The notes: generated by a model not told the origin, from the letters alone. Shown: positions 36,648-51,131, counted from the stretch's first letter. The stretch: DNA of 64,000 nt from Paraspadella gotoi (GCA_051294375.1 CM119266.1:3577098-3641097); one strand, 5' to 3'. A program made the numbers and translations.

Positions 36648-39600
36648 TTAACCTGCTTCTCTTTTTCCGAGGTACAGTGGGCGACGTTTACCTAAATGAA
36701 GGAAACGACGTTCAAGTTGATTCGACTTTAGCCTCTTGCCTAAAATAGAGATCTAATTAAGAGTGGTGAAATAGAGAAGTGGAGATCTGAGAGAGAAGAA
36801 ATAGAAAGGTGAAGATCTAAAAGACATCAGATAAAGACGTGGAGAGAGGTGAAGATCTAAGAGAAGTGAAGATTTAACTAATATATGCGAAATAGAGGGG
36901 TAAAGAGCTAATTATGAGAGGTGAAATAAAGAGATCTAAGAGAGATGAAGAAGAGAAGTGAAGATCTTACTAAGACAGGTAAAATAACATTTGTAGAGAA
37001 GTCTTATGCGAAATTTTACCGAGATACAGTGGTTTCCGTTTATCCTTGACGTCGTCGACTTCTTCATCTCTCTTTCCCAAATACAGCGGGCGACGCTTGA
37101 GGCGAGACTCAAGGGAGTCCGCCACACTTCGCTGACCTGGAGCGATCAATCAATCAATCCATCAATCAATCAATCAACTCATTAATGAATCAATTCATCT
37201 AACTTAGCTTTTAACATCAGAATCCTTTTACTTTTTAACGATTTCTTAAAGAGAAAAATTGAGAGAAACGAAAAATGAATGAATCGATTGAAGAGACGAA
37301 CCCAGATAGATGTCGTAGGGATGTGCGGCTCTTGTCTCTACGTCTCTCTGACCCAAATAGATGTCATAGTTTGGACGCGCGGCTCCGGCGAGTCGACCTT
37401 CTTTTGAAAACGAAAGGACAAAAAGAGAAAACTAAAGTGACGAAGAGAAAACGCTAGGAAAGAGCTGCAAAACGAACCCGTCTCGAGGATCCGCTTGACC
37501 ATCGCCGCTCGAGCCAGAATGTCGTCGACGTCCGAGGAGGAGGAAGAGGAAGAGGACGGGGCGGCTGACCCGGATGTAAACAGACTGAAAGGAGGAGAGA
37601 GAAAATGAAGGTATGAGAATCGTTTTAGTGGAATATAAAACATTTCGAAATTCTTGGAAAATTGAACCATCGTAAGAATTACATTTTCTTTATTTGTAAA
37701 AAAATTGTCTAAATATCAATTTGTTCTGAAAGATCGCTTCCCGCCAACAGGGCCTCCCGAAATACCACTCAAATTCCCCAGGTTTTCGTTCTCCTCAGCT
37801 TCAGACTTCAGCTCGAACTCAATTTTTCGAAAAACATTTTTCTCGTGACTTGATTTTAGCTTTTTAACCCAATTCCATTCTTTTGCTTTTTATTCTTTCG
37901 CTTTTCATTCTTTCGCTTTTCATTCTTTCGCTTTTCATTCTATTCTCTTTTCATTCTTTCTCTTTTCATTTTTCTCTTTTCATTCTTTTGCTTTTTATTC
38001 TTTCTCTTTTCATCTTCGTTTTCATTCTTTCGCTTTTCATTCTTTGCTTTTCATTCTTTTGCTTTCAGTTTTTCTCTTTTCATTCTTTTGCTTTTCATTC
38101 TTTTGCTTTTCATTTTTTCGCATTTCATTCTTTCGCTTTTATTTTTTTCGCTTTTCATTCTTTCTCTTTTCATTCTTTTCTTTTCATTCTTTCTCTTATT
38201 TTTCTTTCTCTTTTCATTCTTTCGCTTTTTATTCTTCTCTCTTTATTCTTTTGCTTTTCATTCTTTCGCTTTTCATTCTTCTTTCTTTCTTTTCTTCTTT
38301 GCTTTTCATTTCTCTTTCATTTTTTGCTTTTCATTCTTTTGCTTTTCATTCTGTTCTCTTTTCATTCTTTTGCTTTTCATTCTTTCTCTTTTCATTCTTT
38401 GCTTTTTATTCTTTTGCTTTTATTCTTTTGCTTTTCATTCTTTTGCTTTTTTTATTTTTTCACTTTTCATTTTTTTCTCTTTTCATTCTTTTGCTTTTCA
38501 TTCTTTTTCGCTTTTTATTCTTCGCTTTTCAGTTTCGCTTTTCATTCTTTCTCTTATTACATTCTTGCGGTTTTATTCTTTCCGCTTTTTATTCGTTTCA
38601 CTTTTAATTCTTTCGCTTTTCAATGTCTACTCTTTTCAAACTTTGCGATTTTCAACATTCTATCTCCTTGGTAAATTTTGTACTTTTGGTAATTTGGACA
38701 GTTAGTTTGTCTTTTTACTTATTGGTCTGTGCCACTGACTTATACTTTCAAATTAGCCGCATAATTTTTAGTCATTTTGACCAAAATAGGGCCCATAACT
38801 TGTATCCAAGTAGACACTCCTAGTGTATACATATATGTTTAACGCTTAAAGATATAGTATGATCACTTTAAAAAGCAATCACGTGACCAATGCATGTAAC
38901 TCATTCTTTTTTTCTTTTCCGCTTCTCATTCTTTTTTTCCGCTTCTCATTCTTTTTTTCTTTTCCGCTTCTCATTCTTTTTTACTTTTCCGGTTCTCATT
39001 CTTTTTTTTCTTTTCAGCTTCTCATTCTTTTTTACCGCTTCTGATTCTTTTTTCCTTTTCCGCTTCTCATTCTTTTTTTCTTTTCCGCTTCTCATTCTTT
39101 TTTTCTTTTCCGCTTCTCATTCTTTCCGTCAACTCGACTCCAACGGCGCGGCAAAAGTTGTGAATCTCAATTAGTGAGGAATTAGCGACAATTAACCCAT
39201 TCGCTTCGCCGCAGGTCGGGGGTGGGGAGGTGGGGGAAAAAAGAGAGTTGTAGAGAGTAAAGAGAAGAAGGGGAGCGAAGTTAGAAGAGCAGTAAATGGT
39301 AAAGGGAAGTAAAGGGAAATAAAGGTGTGAAGTGCAGATTGAGGAGCTAAAATAGAAAGAGATAAGGAGCAAAGATTAGGAGTACAGGGAAAAAATAGAA
39401 GCGAAAATATGAGGGGAGAAAGAGTAAAACTCTTTGAGGTTAAGGAATTAAAATGGAGAAAGATGAGAAAAAGAAACTTTAAGAAATCGCGGAGAAAAAG
39501 TAATGCGATCCAGAGATGAAGTAGCGGAGAAAGAAAAAAGTAGACAATCGACACGGAAGGCAATGCTGGATCTGCTCATGATCATTAGCGGTTTTTAATT

Positions 39601-40388
39601 AATTAATTAATTAATTCAAGTTAATCAATTAATTAGTCAATTAATTAATTAATTAGTCAATTAAAAAATTAATTTGATCCATCAAGTTTGTTTTTTTATC
39701 TTTTCGTCACTGACCACGACAAAAGCAACGACGACGATGATGGCGACGACAACAATAATGTCGATAACGATTATTGATTTACTTGATTGTTTGATTGATT
39801 GATTGATCGATTGAATAATTTATTGATTACTTGACTGATTAATTATTTGATTAATTAATAAATTTGATTAATTAATAAATTAGTGAAAAAGGTTTTTTGT
39901 TATTTTTTTCATTTAAATTCATTTCCACTCAAACGATTCCATCGAAACTTGATTTCCAGCTCAATCACACACTTTCCTACCCACATACATAATTTCAAGT
40001 CAATCGCCCCATATACTCTTGAGTAATTGGCGTTCAAATCTAAGGGGGGACGGACAGACAGCTCCGGCTAAAAACACTCAAGGGAAAAACTTAATATGCA
40101 AAAATGACTCGAGTCTTTTACGTCATTAATTGAATCTCAAGCCTCAGAGATGTCAGCGGAAATTAAAATTCTCGTGCTGCGTGTTTTTAATTAATTTAGT
40201 TAAATGCCCATGGGCCAATTTAAACAGTTTCATTAATTCACCTTACTTTTTTATATTTAATATTTTTTTAAAAAATTAGCTTCAATTAATTTTAGACCTA
40301 AATTACATTTTAAACAATAACGCCAACAAAGACTCCTTGGACGTGAAAGAAGAAGAAGAAGAAGAAGAAGAAGAAGAAGAAGAAGAAG

Positions 40389-40452
<64 letters not shown>

Positions 40453-40947
40453 AAAATGAGCAGATAACACGAACGGTAGCGTTGCCAATGGAGCAAGTGA
40501 CGTCGAAACATTGAGTGAGCGAATTAAGGTCGTTGTCGTTGTCGTTGTCGTCGTTGTTGTCGTCGTGGTTGCCGTCGACCACAATTGCTCACTCGTTCAA
40601 GAGTGACAGCGTCGCTGATTCGTGACATCGGCGTTCATTTGGGAGATTATCGTTTATTGGTGATAGCGTTTTTTAAATGTAATGGTGTCGTTTGTTTGTG
40701 ATAGCGTTTAAGAGAGCATTGTTCATTGGTGATAGCGTCGTCCGTTTGTGATAGCGTTTAAGAGAGTATCGTTTATTGGTGACAGCGTTTTTAATTTGTG
40801 ATAGCATCCTTCGGTTGTGATAGCGTTTAATAGAACGTCGTTTGCGATTATCGGTAAGAACGTTTAGACGACCGTAAGACAGGGGAAAATTGAGTACGGA
40901 TCTTAATTTATTCATTGAGCCATTGTCGCCGTAACGTAGAGATATAA

Positions 40948-40980
<33 letters not shown>

Positions 40981-41193
40981 CTGTCGACTCTCTCTCCGTT
41001 TTGCTCCCTCTCTCTCTCTCTCTCTCTCTCCTGTCGACTCTCTCTCCCTTTGCCTCCCTCTCCCCGTCATCCCCTTATCATCAGCTAACCTTATAAAGAT
41101 TTGATAGGAGATGACGAAAGCCAAAACTTTTGTTGATTGATTTAATTTGTTGAGTCCCGGAAGGAAGGACGTCGCTCCGGAAGATGTCCCCAT
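36648..41193 (-). CDS. Multi-copy neuropeptide precursor (RPLYLamide/KPLYLamide), 172 aa
   Basis: Five phase-consistent exons 41090-41193, 37478-37584, 37302-37400, 37020-37136, 36648-36739; N-terminal hydrophobic stretch, acidic spacers, repeated KR-[R/K]PLYL-G-KR. Confidence 0.85.
37875..38625. repeat. 15-bp pyrimidine minisatellite
   Basis: Unit TTTTCATTCTTTYGC, degenerate tandem copies; source of the long F/L/S ORFs. Confidence 0.9.
38900..39127. repeat. ~20-24-bp minisatellite
   Basis: Unit TTTTCCGCTTCTCATTCTTTTTT. Confidence 0.85.
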
Positions 41194-41765
41194 TTTCTGG
41201 ATATAAATAAAAAAAAGATCAAATGATAAACAAATAAACAAATAAACAAGCGATAAAAACCAGTTTTAGTTTTTCTCTCTTCTTTTCTCGCGTTTTATTA
41301 TTTCCTTCCGGGGAGAAGTTGGATATAAATTTTACGCCATTTTCTGAACTTCGTAAATGAAGAAATAAACAAATGAAAACTCTTCACTTTGACGAGCAAA
41401 AGAAAATCAACAATTTTTCATCAGTTCTGACACTGAGAGTCTCATTTATCATAAAATCTAGTTTTTTAGACAAGAGACCAAACAATAGAAACATCAAAAA
41501 TGTAGTAATCAAAGAAACGAATGTCCTGGAAATAGACCGATTGAGAAATTAAATTTAATTAAACAAACAAACGTGGAAAAAAGGCATAAAACGAACCACA
41601 AAGTTATAAACCAACAAACAAAAGTAAACAAACGAATTAGCGACTTCAAAACCGTCGACCACTGATGGCAGAATCGGCAGATGGTCTTGCCAAACGCGCC
41701 AATATTTCGCTCCCTTCCTCTTTGTTATTGATCCATCTCTCTCTCTCTCTCTCTCTCTCTCCTCT

Positions 41766-41819
<54 letters not shown>

Positions 41820-42199
41820 GACTCAATTTCAACCGGAAAAACTTTGACGTTGAAGTTTAAATTGGATATCGAATACAGGGGGAAGGGAGAAGAAGAAATA
41901 CAGGGGAGACAACAGAGAAAGAATATTGAGAAACGGGTTCATTAAAATATTACGAAAAAATATTCAAATATAAAGTTAGGTAATTTGAATTAAAAGAAAT
42001 ATTAGGATTTAAAAATATTAAGAATAACAATCACTTATTAGAAAGGAAGGAAATTTAAATGCGAAAGCCTGTAGCCACTTAAGTAGCGATACCTAGATAA
42101 TATTCCAAATCATTACCACTTGTTATTAAAACTGCAACCGAGAGAGAAATAGCCATTGTCTCGATTCGTGAAGCGAGAAATGGCCTCAATTCCGAAGGA

Positions 42200-42233
<34 letters not shown>

Positions 42234-42774
42234 TAATGTTGTAATAATAAAAGCAGTAATGAAGGCGACGACTCATTGACGATGGTAGTAAAGCAAAGCA
42301 CAACAATTTAGCAACAGTGATCACAAAATTTGCGCCAACTTGCAATTGTGCCAAATAGCATTCTTCCCTCAAAGCAGTGGGGGGCTGGGGTAGCGCCCCG
42401 AGGATTGAGTCCACATCGACTGAGGCCCAAGCCGATTTGGCCTTTGGGGAGTTGGCCTTTGGGGATTTTAGTTTAGTGTTTAAAGTTAATGTTAGGGATT
42501 AAGTTTAAAGATTGGCTTGTAGGTTTGGTAATAGGTTAAAGTTCAGTTTTAGAATTAAAATTAAATTAAGGAATAAAGGAACAGAAAAGGGGCGCTCTCG
42601 GAAAAGAGCGAAAGCAACGACATAACAATGGAGAGTTTGATTTCTCTTTTTAATTTTCTAATTTTTATTTTCACTTTATATTTTTTTAATTTTCAATCTG
42701 ATTATCTAAAACAAAATGTATCTCAATATATGAGAATGAAATATTAGCGTTGTCTTCAGGAAACAAAGAGAACA

Positions 42775-42965
42775 TGGCAACAGGGAGACAAGTGGTGATC
42801 TCCCGTCAGCTGGCGGTCAGGGCTTTGGACCTGCAGTGACCACCCCATGTCATTGGCGTGGTTAAGCCGACACCATCACATTTACCCATCGTGACCGTGA
42901 GGGGATGGAACCCGGAACTAACGGTTGGTGAACGAGTACTTAAAACTACTAAGCTGTCCAACCCA
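42775..42965 (-). mobile_element. tRNA-derived SINE, degenerate
   Basis: Minus strand ACAGCTTAGTAG (A-box-like) and GGGTTCCATCCC (B-box-like) followed by a GC-rich body. Confidence 0.5.
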
Positions 42966-43184
42966 TTGGGACGAGCTATACAGGAGGCGAATTTAGGATG
43001 CGCCACAGGAGCATATTTATACGATAATAAATACGTAATATACCTTCTGCCTTGGTTTTCAAAATAGATATGATACATCATTTTTGTCAAAAAGTCATCT
43101 AATATCTACAAATATATCAAAATACAGCGGAATTGCGACACATTGACTAAATTTGAAAACCAAATATTAAACTTTTTTACTTAC

Positions 43185-43345
43185 GAGTAAATTGGAAGGG
43201 CGGTTGGTGAGGAAGATTGAAATGTCGGTGGAAGTCGTGTGTCTTCGAAAGTGAGGATTTGACGTTTGAATTTAGATGACGACGACGACAAAGATGAAGT
43301 TCACGAAGATTAAACGGAGATGGGAAAACTTTCCTCTTTTATACA
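43185..43345 (-). promoter_or_regulatory. TATA box and non-coding first exon of the neuropeptide gene
   Basis: TATAAAA at 43343-43337 (minus), then ~130 nt ending in donor GTAAGT at 43184; matching acceptor CCAG just before the ATG at 41193. Confidence 0.55.
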
Positions 43346-43406
43346 AAGACGACGACGACGACGACGACGACGAACGCCAACGCGACAATATGGAGAGCGA
43401 GAGAAA

Positions 43407-43452
<46 letters not shown>

Positions 43453-44780
43453 TCTCTCTTACCTTACCTTATAAACTAAGTGTACGCGGATTTTTAATAT
43501 AGATATTATTTTAGTTAATGACTTAAAAATATATTCATTAACGTCACTTTTTTTTATTAATATTCCCTTTATTTTGCAATTACTGTCCGTTGGAGTCTTC
43601 CAGACTTTTTATCGACAAAATATGAACATCATTTATTCACGAGGATTTTATCGTAAAATGAGAATCAGAAATTCGACGTGGTTTTTCCCTGAATTTCTCG
43701 GCTCAAACGTTCGCTCATTGACATTGAATGGAATTAATGGATTTGAACTCGGTTCTAAGAAAATTAATTTTAATCCTCTCTGATTTTAAAGTCGGCTGTA
43801 TAATTAAAATTATATGAAACCTGCTATGTTATTATCTTGTAAGTGTGATGGAGGCCTTAAACCACCAAAGCCTGTCCAAAGTTAGGGATAAGATAGCTTA
43901 TTTATTAAATGAATGGATAATTTTTATATTGGTTGTACCAATTTCATGAAATCATCGTTCAAAAGACATCCAATTAGCTAAGAAAAAATAAAAATTAAAT
44001 TTGTTAATCTGAAATTCTTTTACTTCAAATTATCGGCTCGTGCTGGTCGCCTCAAATAACCGTTTGCTCCCGTCANNNNNNNNNNTAGATTTTTAATTAA
44101 AGTTAAACTTAGGAATTTTACTACCCCTTAGTATTCATATAAATAACTATCTATTTTAAAGACCCGACGCCGTTGCTCCTTTGTTAATGAAAACGAAAAA
44201 CCGATTGTCGACCACACCGCCTCTATCGAACGCATTCGACGTTTATAATCTTAAAACAAAATTTACGCTAATGGAAGAGACAGAGGGAAAGGTTACTCGC
44301 CGTAAAATTTGAAAACCTCATCAACTTCGTTTGCAGAGCGGGAATATATAAGCCAAGAAATATCGTTCGTTTTGCCCTTTAAATATTTATATCGTCGTCA
44401 TTATCGTCGTCGCCGTTGTCAACGTCGTCACGTTAAAAACGAAGACGACGACGAATACGTAATACGTTCCCATCCTTTTTCAACTCGCGACGTTCGCTAC
44501 AAACGAGGTGGACAAACAAAAGAACAGATGGTGAAAGTCGTTAAGTGGAAGATGGATGGAGAAAGAGGATGTTCTCGGGAACCCGGATGTTGTTGAATTC
44601 GATAGAGAAAAGGAAATTCTCAGCGAAGTTTGACAATTTATTTTGTGCACAATGAGGAATTACAGATCGGAAACATTGAAATGCGGCAACAAGTGCTCTC
44701 GAGTCTCGATACAGTTTTGAAGGAGGGAAAATTAAAATTTGAGGCAGAAACTGTCAGGTTTAGAATGACGAGATGGAGAC

Positions 44781-44812
<32 letters not shown>

Positions 44813-45689
44813 GGTAAAGAATTGAGACGATGAACCGGAAGCCGTAAAATAGAACGCGCAAACGAAATGGAGGGATGGAAGCGACGCGAATCGACGGCGA
44901 AAGAGAAGGATGACGCCGCTTTCTGGAAACCGGCGCTCCCTCTCTCTCTCTCCTAATTGCCGTTTTTAGTGATTCTCAATTTTCCATCAACGGAAATCGT
45001 CAATAATTTTTGAGAGTTTCTCATCTCAACTGAAGCCGCAAAAAGACGATGGGAGGGAAAAGGGGGGAGAGAGAGAGAGATCTGCAGGTAAAATGGGAGG
45101 AAAATGATAATGAAATTGAAAAGATAGTTAAATACGTAGAAGCTTTGGCAATGTAAATTCGATAAGTAGCAACGAAATATTTCAACTCATTGTTTTCTTT
45201 ACTATAAAACTCGTTAAAGATAGCTTTGAATGTGAAATGTTTAGTATTGCATTTGGACAAGTTCTCCGAATAATTTGAAGGTTTTAACGCGCATTGGCAA
45301 TGCCATTGCTCTTCCTCACAGCTGGATCGGATCTCATCGGCTGGCTTCTTAAGTTTTGAGTTTTGACGAATCATAAGTCGAGTAAAATGTTCATTAATAA
45401 TATTAATAATATACATTTAAACTTACGTGTCCCACCTACTATAAGGTAGGATTCGTGGGGAGTAGGAATCTCGTAATAATTTATTTATGATTTAAAACTA
45501 TGAATCTTGGCCATGGCGAGCTTCTTTTAGAAAGTATTTTTATTAATACCAAAAACAGTATCAGTGTTAAAGACTAGAAAACGTTAAACAAGTAAAAACT
45601 AAATTTTTGACATTTTCTATCTATAATTGAAAAAAGCTTCCTTACTGCGCCAGCATCAGTATATTGAAGATCTTTTTAGATATTTTTGT

Positions 45690-45705
45690 GGCCCTTAAAA
45701 GGGCC
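45690..45705 (-). terminator. Histone 3' stem-loop (H4 copy 1)
   Basis: GGCCCT-TTTA-AGGGCC followed by AAAAAGATCTT. Confidence 0.9.
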
Positions 45706-45734
45706 GTTGGGGCAAGTTGAATCGTTCGGACAGT

Positions 45735-46067
<333 letters not shown>

Positions 46068-46709
46068 TCAAAGAGTTCTAATAAAATTTAAAAGCAAGTA
46101 AGATTTTGACTTTTGAAGATAGTCCTCGTTTATATAATCAATCTGCTCGCTGGATCGAACCTGATCTGTTGCCTGCTCAGGAAATCGTCCAATGGAAATG
46201 CGAGCCTTCGAAGGAAGATCGACCAATCAGCGAGCTGATTTTAGAAGAGAGACTATAGTATAGTTTTGAACCCCAGATTTCCTAGCCACGAATTAATTTA
46301 TTATTAGATTAGATATGGTTACTGGTTCGCCTTTAGGTTATAAAATGAAAGAGAAATGTAAATAATCTTTATTGAGCAAATGTAAGTACGAATGTAAGTA
46401 CAAGAAGATCAACACCTTTACTTTATTTCTGCGAAAAAATATTTAACAGAGCCTACAATTAATATAGATTTACATAAAATTAAATAGAAAATTATATTTT
46501 ATTTTTTAAACATAAACTTTATATTGCAAATCGAAACTTTATTTTACTGCCTGAATCATTACGTTTTTTGAACGAAACACTGGTACCGGATCAGAAGCAC
46601 GGATCCAGATAAAATTTCAACCAATCAGAGGCCAGCTTTATTTCTTGCTCCGTATTTAAACGGAACTCCGACTGCCTCTCGTCATACGAACACTTCAATT
46701 CAAAAATAA

Positions 46710-47138
<429 letters not shown>

Positions 47139-47161
47139 GTTCTGATTTGAACCATCCCAAC

Positions 47162-47177
47162 GGCCCTTTTCAGGGCC
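47162..47177 (+). terminator. Histone 3' stem-loop (H3)
   Basis: GGCCCT-TTTC-AGGGCC. Confidence 0.95.
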
Positions 47178-47559
47178 ACTCTTTCATTCTAATTGATTGT
47201 CATGCGTTAAAATTTTTATTACTTGGAAGTACACGAGACCACAAGCTTTATTTAGAGAACTAGAAAGACTTTCCGGATCGCGGTTAATAAATTTTCTGAA
47301 GAGCGACTGATAAATGAGTTAGATTATATTAAAAAAATTATTTCGTTTGACAGTAAAACAGCTCAAAAGCGAGTGGAGATCATTAAGAATAACTAGGCAT
47401 TCCGTGGGTCGAATTTTTACCAAATGTAAAAGCTAACTCCATTGTCCTCTGTTGGAACGCTGTAAGGTTCGGGATTTTCTTTCTTCCGGCCAATGTTACG
47501 TAAAAATGAATGCCACAATACAAACAGTTCAATTAACTTTTGTTAGCAACTTTCATATT

Positions 47560-47733
47560 GAAGAGACAGTAATAAGAGTTAGTGACAGAACCCTTCAGTC
47601 CAGGGATCAGGCTGTAACACTGTTACAGGCGGGTTGTGCGCCCCCGACCTTAACCTTTGGGTTGGAAGGCGAATGACTTGCCTCCTGCACCAATGGCCGC
47701 TGATGAACAGTTGGTGAATTTCAGTCCACCATA
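47560..47733 (-). mobile_element. tRNA-derived SINE, internally deleted copy
   Basis: Reverse complement matches 58928-59162. Confidence 0.75.
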
Positions 47734-48139
47734 ACATCGACCACCTTCAACCGTCTGTATCGGGTCAGGGATCGCTTAATTCAAATTTTTCCAAAAGCGT
47801 TGCCGTTTTTTATAATTATTTTTACTATGTAAAAATAAAACCTATTTGAAGAGTTGCTGCCCAAACGGAAATTTGTCTCGAATTGCTTTGAAGCTATATT
47901 TTCAAAATTCGTAATGAAGTTTGAGCTGCAACTCTTCGTAAAGAAAAATTTAGTATAAATATTTCTGGACATTTTTTAATAGAAAATCTTTTACAAGATA
48001 CGAGAAAAGGTTTAAGATACAGTAAACTGAGATTTCCACAAGTTTAGGTTGGGTGATCCCTGGCCTACTCTGGTCAAATTTTACATTCGCCAAACATTAC
48101 TCGTAATTAAGAATAAGACAATCTTTACGAAATAATGGT

Positions 48140-48155
48140 GGCCCTAATAAGGGCC
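48140..48155 (-). terminator. Histone 3' stem-loop (H4 copy 2)
   Basis: GGCCCT-TATT-AGGGCC, then AAAGATTGTC at 48126-48117. Confidence 0.9.
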
Positions 48156-48189
48156 GTTGGGATGGTGAAGATTATGGAGACGAATCAAA

Positions 48190-48573
<384 letters not shown>

Positions 48574-49284
48574 TTAAAATCATGCGGATCGGACCTCAAC
48601 TGTTGGCTGCTTTCAAATTTGACGAATCTCGGGCTCGAATGTTCTGCAGAGAATCAACCAATCAGCGAGCGTAAAAAAGAGAGTCGGACAAAGAGAAAAC
48701 AAAGGAGCAGGTTCCTTCTTTAACTAAGTTTAAGAACTGCTTCGTTTAAGAACTAGAGTCGAGATTACTAGTTTTTGCACGTTCTTGTCGATGTTAAAAT
48801 AAGCATTAATATTTTTTTTTGTTTTCTTCTAACTTGAAGAAAACCAAACTGTCGCAATTAATCTTACCAACAAATAAAATTAAAAAATTACTAAAGCAAA
48901 GTTTTAGTGAAGTATCGATTATTAAATAAAATAAATTACTAAGTCAATACTGCTTTCGTACTTTATAATACCGACTTACTCTATTACTTGGGATCGATGA
49001 GTAACAAAAAGGGAAATAATTGACAGAAAAAACTATAGATTACCTAACCATATCGTTTAATAATATTTTCTTTGCGTCTTCGAGCTTTATTTAACATAAA
49101 ATTCAGCTTAAACAAACACAAATTCAAACTTTTTCTGGCCTCTCCTGAAGTCCGAAACGAGGCGCTCTCGTTAAGGTCCGATCTCGCTCGCAAGGACGAA
49201 CAAAAAGAGAGTGGAAGATTGGTGTGAATTCTGTATCGTGATTCCCGAGTCTCTGATTGAAACTTCAAAGTAATCAGCCTCAAA

Positions 49285-49866
49285 ATGTCTGACTCCGCTG
49301 CTCCCGCGAAGAAGGCCGCCAAGCCAAGGAAGTCTGCATCTCATCCACCCTTTGGGGATATGGTCGCCAAGGCCATCACCGCTCTGGCTGACAAGAAGGG
49401 ATCGTCCAAGGTGGCGATCAAAAAATATATCCTCGCCAACTTCAATGTGGAAGATACCAAATCCACCAACACCCACCTCAACATGGCGCTTAAACGCGGG
49501 GTGGATGGTGGTAAGCTTGTCACCGCCAAGGGTCACACTGGTCACTTCAAGGCCAACAAGGAAGTCGCCGCCAAGAAGCCCGCGGCCAAGAAGGCTTCGC
49601 CCAAGAAGAAGCCTGCCGCCAAGAAGCCCGCCGCGAAGAAGGCTTCGCCCAAGAAAGCCGCCACGAAGAAGACCGTCAAGAAGTCCCCCAAGAAGGTGGC
49701 CAAGCCTAAGACCGTTGCCAAGAAACCGGCGGCCAAGAAGACGCCAAAGAAAGCCGTTTCTGCAAAGAAGCCGGCTGCCAAGAAACCCGCCGCTAAGAAG
49801 CCGGCTGCCAAGAAGCCAGCTGCGAAGAAACCGGCTGCCAAGAAAGCCACGCCTAAGAAAAAGTAA
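49285..49866 (+). CDS. H1: Linker histone H1
   Basis: Globular domain [24 protein letters not shown] and K/A/P-rich tail with SPKK/TPKK motifs; AAACACA AC-box at 49114-49120. Confidence 0.97.
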   Translation: MSDSAAPAKKAAKPRKSASHPPFGDMVAKAITALADKKGSSKVAIKKYILANFNVEDTKSTNTHLNMALKRGVDGGKLVTAKGHTGHFKANKEVAAKKPAAKKASPKKKPAAKKPAAKKASPKKAATKKTVKKSPKKVAKPKTVAKKPAAKKTPKKAVSAKKPAAKKPAAKKPAAKKPAAKKPAAKKATPKKK

Positions 49867-49895
49867 TCGCTTTATCTACTAAATCTCACTCCAAA

Positions 49896-49911
49896 GGCTC
49901 TTTTCAGAGCC
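49896..49911 (+). terminator. Histone 3' stem-loop (H1)
   Basis: GGCTCT-TTTC-AGAGCC, then AAAGATTGTC at 49926-49935. Confidence 0.95.
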
Positions 49912-51131
49912 ACTATTCTGTCTAAAAAGATTGTCAGTATATTGAATGACATATCTAGTAAGAGTGATGGAGGCCTTGTAGTCGGGCATTGCCTAGGTTC
50001 ACCCCGCCTAGAATAGCTTGTTTATTAAAAGAATGGATAATTTTTATTTTGGTTGTACCAATTTTATAAAAAATTATGCATATGAAATTTTGATAATATC
50101 ATAGTACTTGCACACATTTATAATAAGAATAATATAAAAATACAATTAACGTCTTTTTACAAGATAGTTCATTTAAACTTTTTTATCCCTGGGGCGAATC
50201 ACAAGTTGAAAAATGTATAAAAATGTACCTTCCGGAGTTAGCATAAATTTCTCTTAAAAAATAAGCATTTTCGAATTCAGAATTTTTAGTAACAAATACT
50301 GAGAGAGCTTGACAAGTCTAGTTAATTTTGGTCCATTGAAAGTTTATTCAGAAGTTTCATTTGGGAAGGTCCCCAAATCAAACTTCTAACCCACCCCATT
50401 GACAAAGATTGGCCGTACCAACAAAAAAAAACGACGAAAAATAAAAAGGGAGTCTGGATTAATAAGTCCATGGTTCAATCTTGCAAGTCTAAATTTAGGC
50501 CGATCGTCTTTTCCCTTTACTACTGACGTTTCAGGGCCAACCTCGGCCGCGCGGCTTCATCGATCCCCGCTAAATTCCGCATAAAACAACAATCTAATAA
50601 AATAAAGCGAATAGGCGAGAGGTTGGAATTTTTAGTAAGCGAAATTTGAGATCAATTGAATTTAATGAAGGCGAGCTTATTTTAATAATTATATCAAGGG
50701 AAAGGAATTTTATGCTGGTAAAATTATTTACATTTTTGAAAATCGAGAGAAAAATCCATCTTCGAATTTAACTATAGATATTTACAATTTCATGTTTAAA
50801 TGTTTAAGTGACACATGAGTCATGGATTGCTTGTGCGAGTCGTACTATGACCGAACCTCATCTGTTATCTGCATTATTAATTAAAGCAATTGACCAACGG
50901 GAATAAGCGGGAGGTACTAACGGTTTTCATACAAGAACAAAAGAAATCGATTGCCTAATTATTTAATATAATATAAATTATTTATTAAATAAAATGTAGA
51001 TAAGATCTACTGATAATTTCTGATAATTTCATATCTTGAAGTTGGCCAAGTCTTATTTGATGTATTAAACGAATGACAAGGAAAAAGTAAAAACCACTAT
51101 AATAGGAGACAATCTTTAGAGAGCAAATGGC

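Noticed and set aside
37883-38705. Long 187-263 aa F/L/S-rich ORFs resembling membrane proteins
   Set aside because: They are translations of a 15-bp pyrimidine minisatellite in an intron, open in all three frames.
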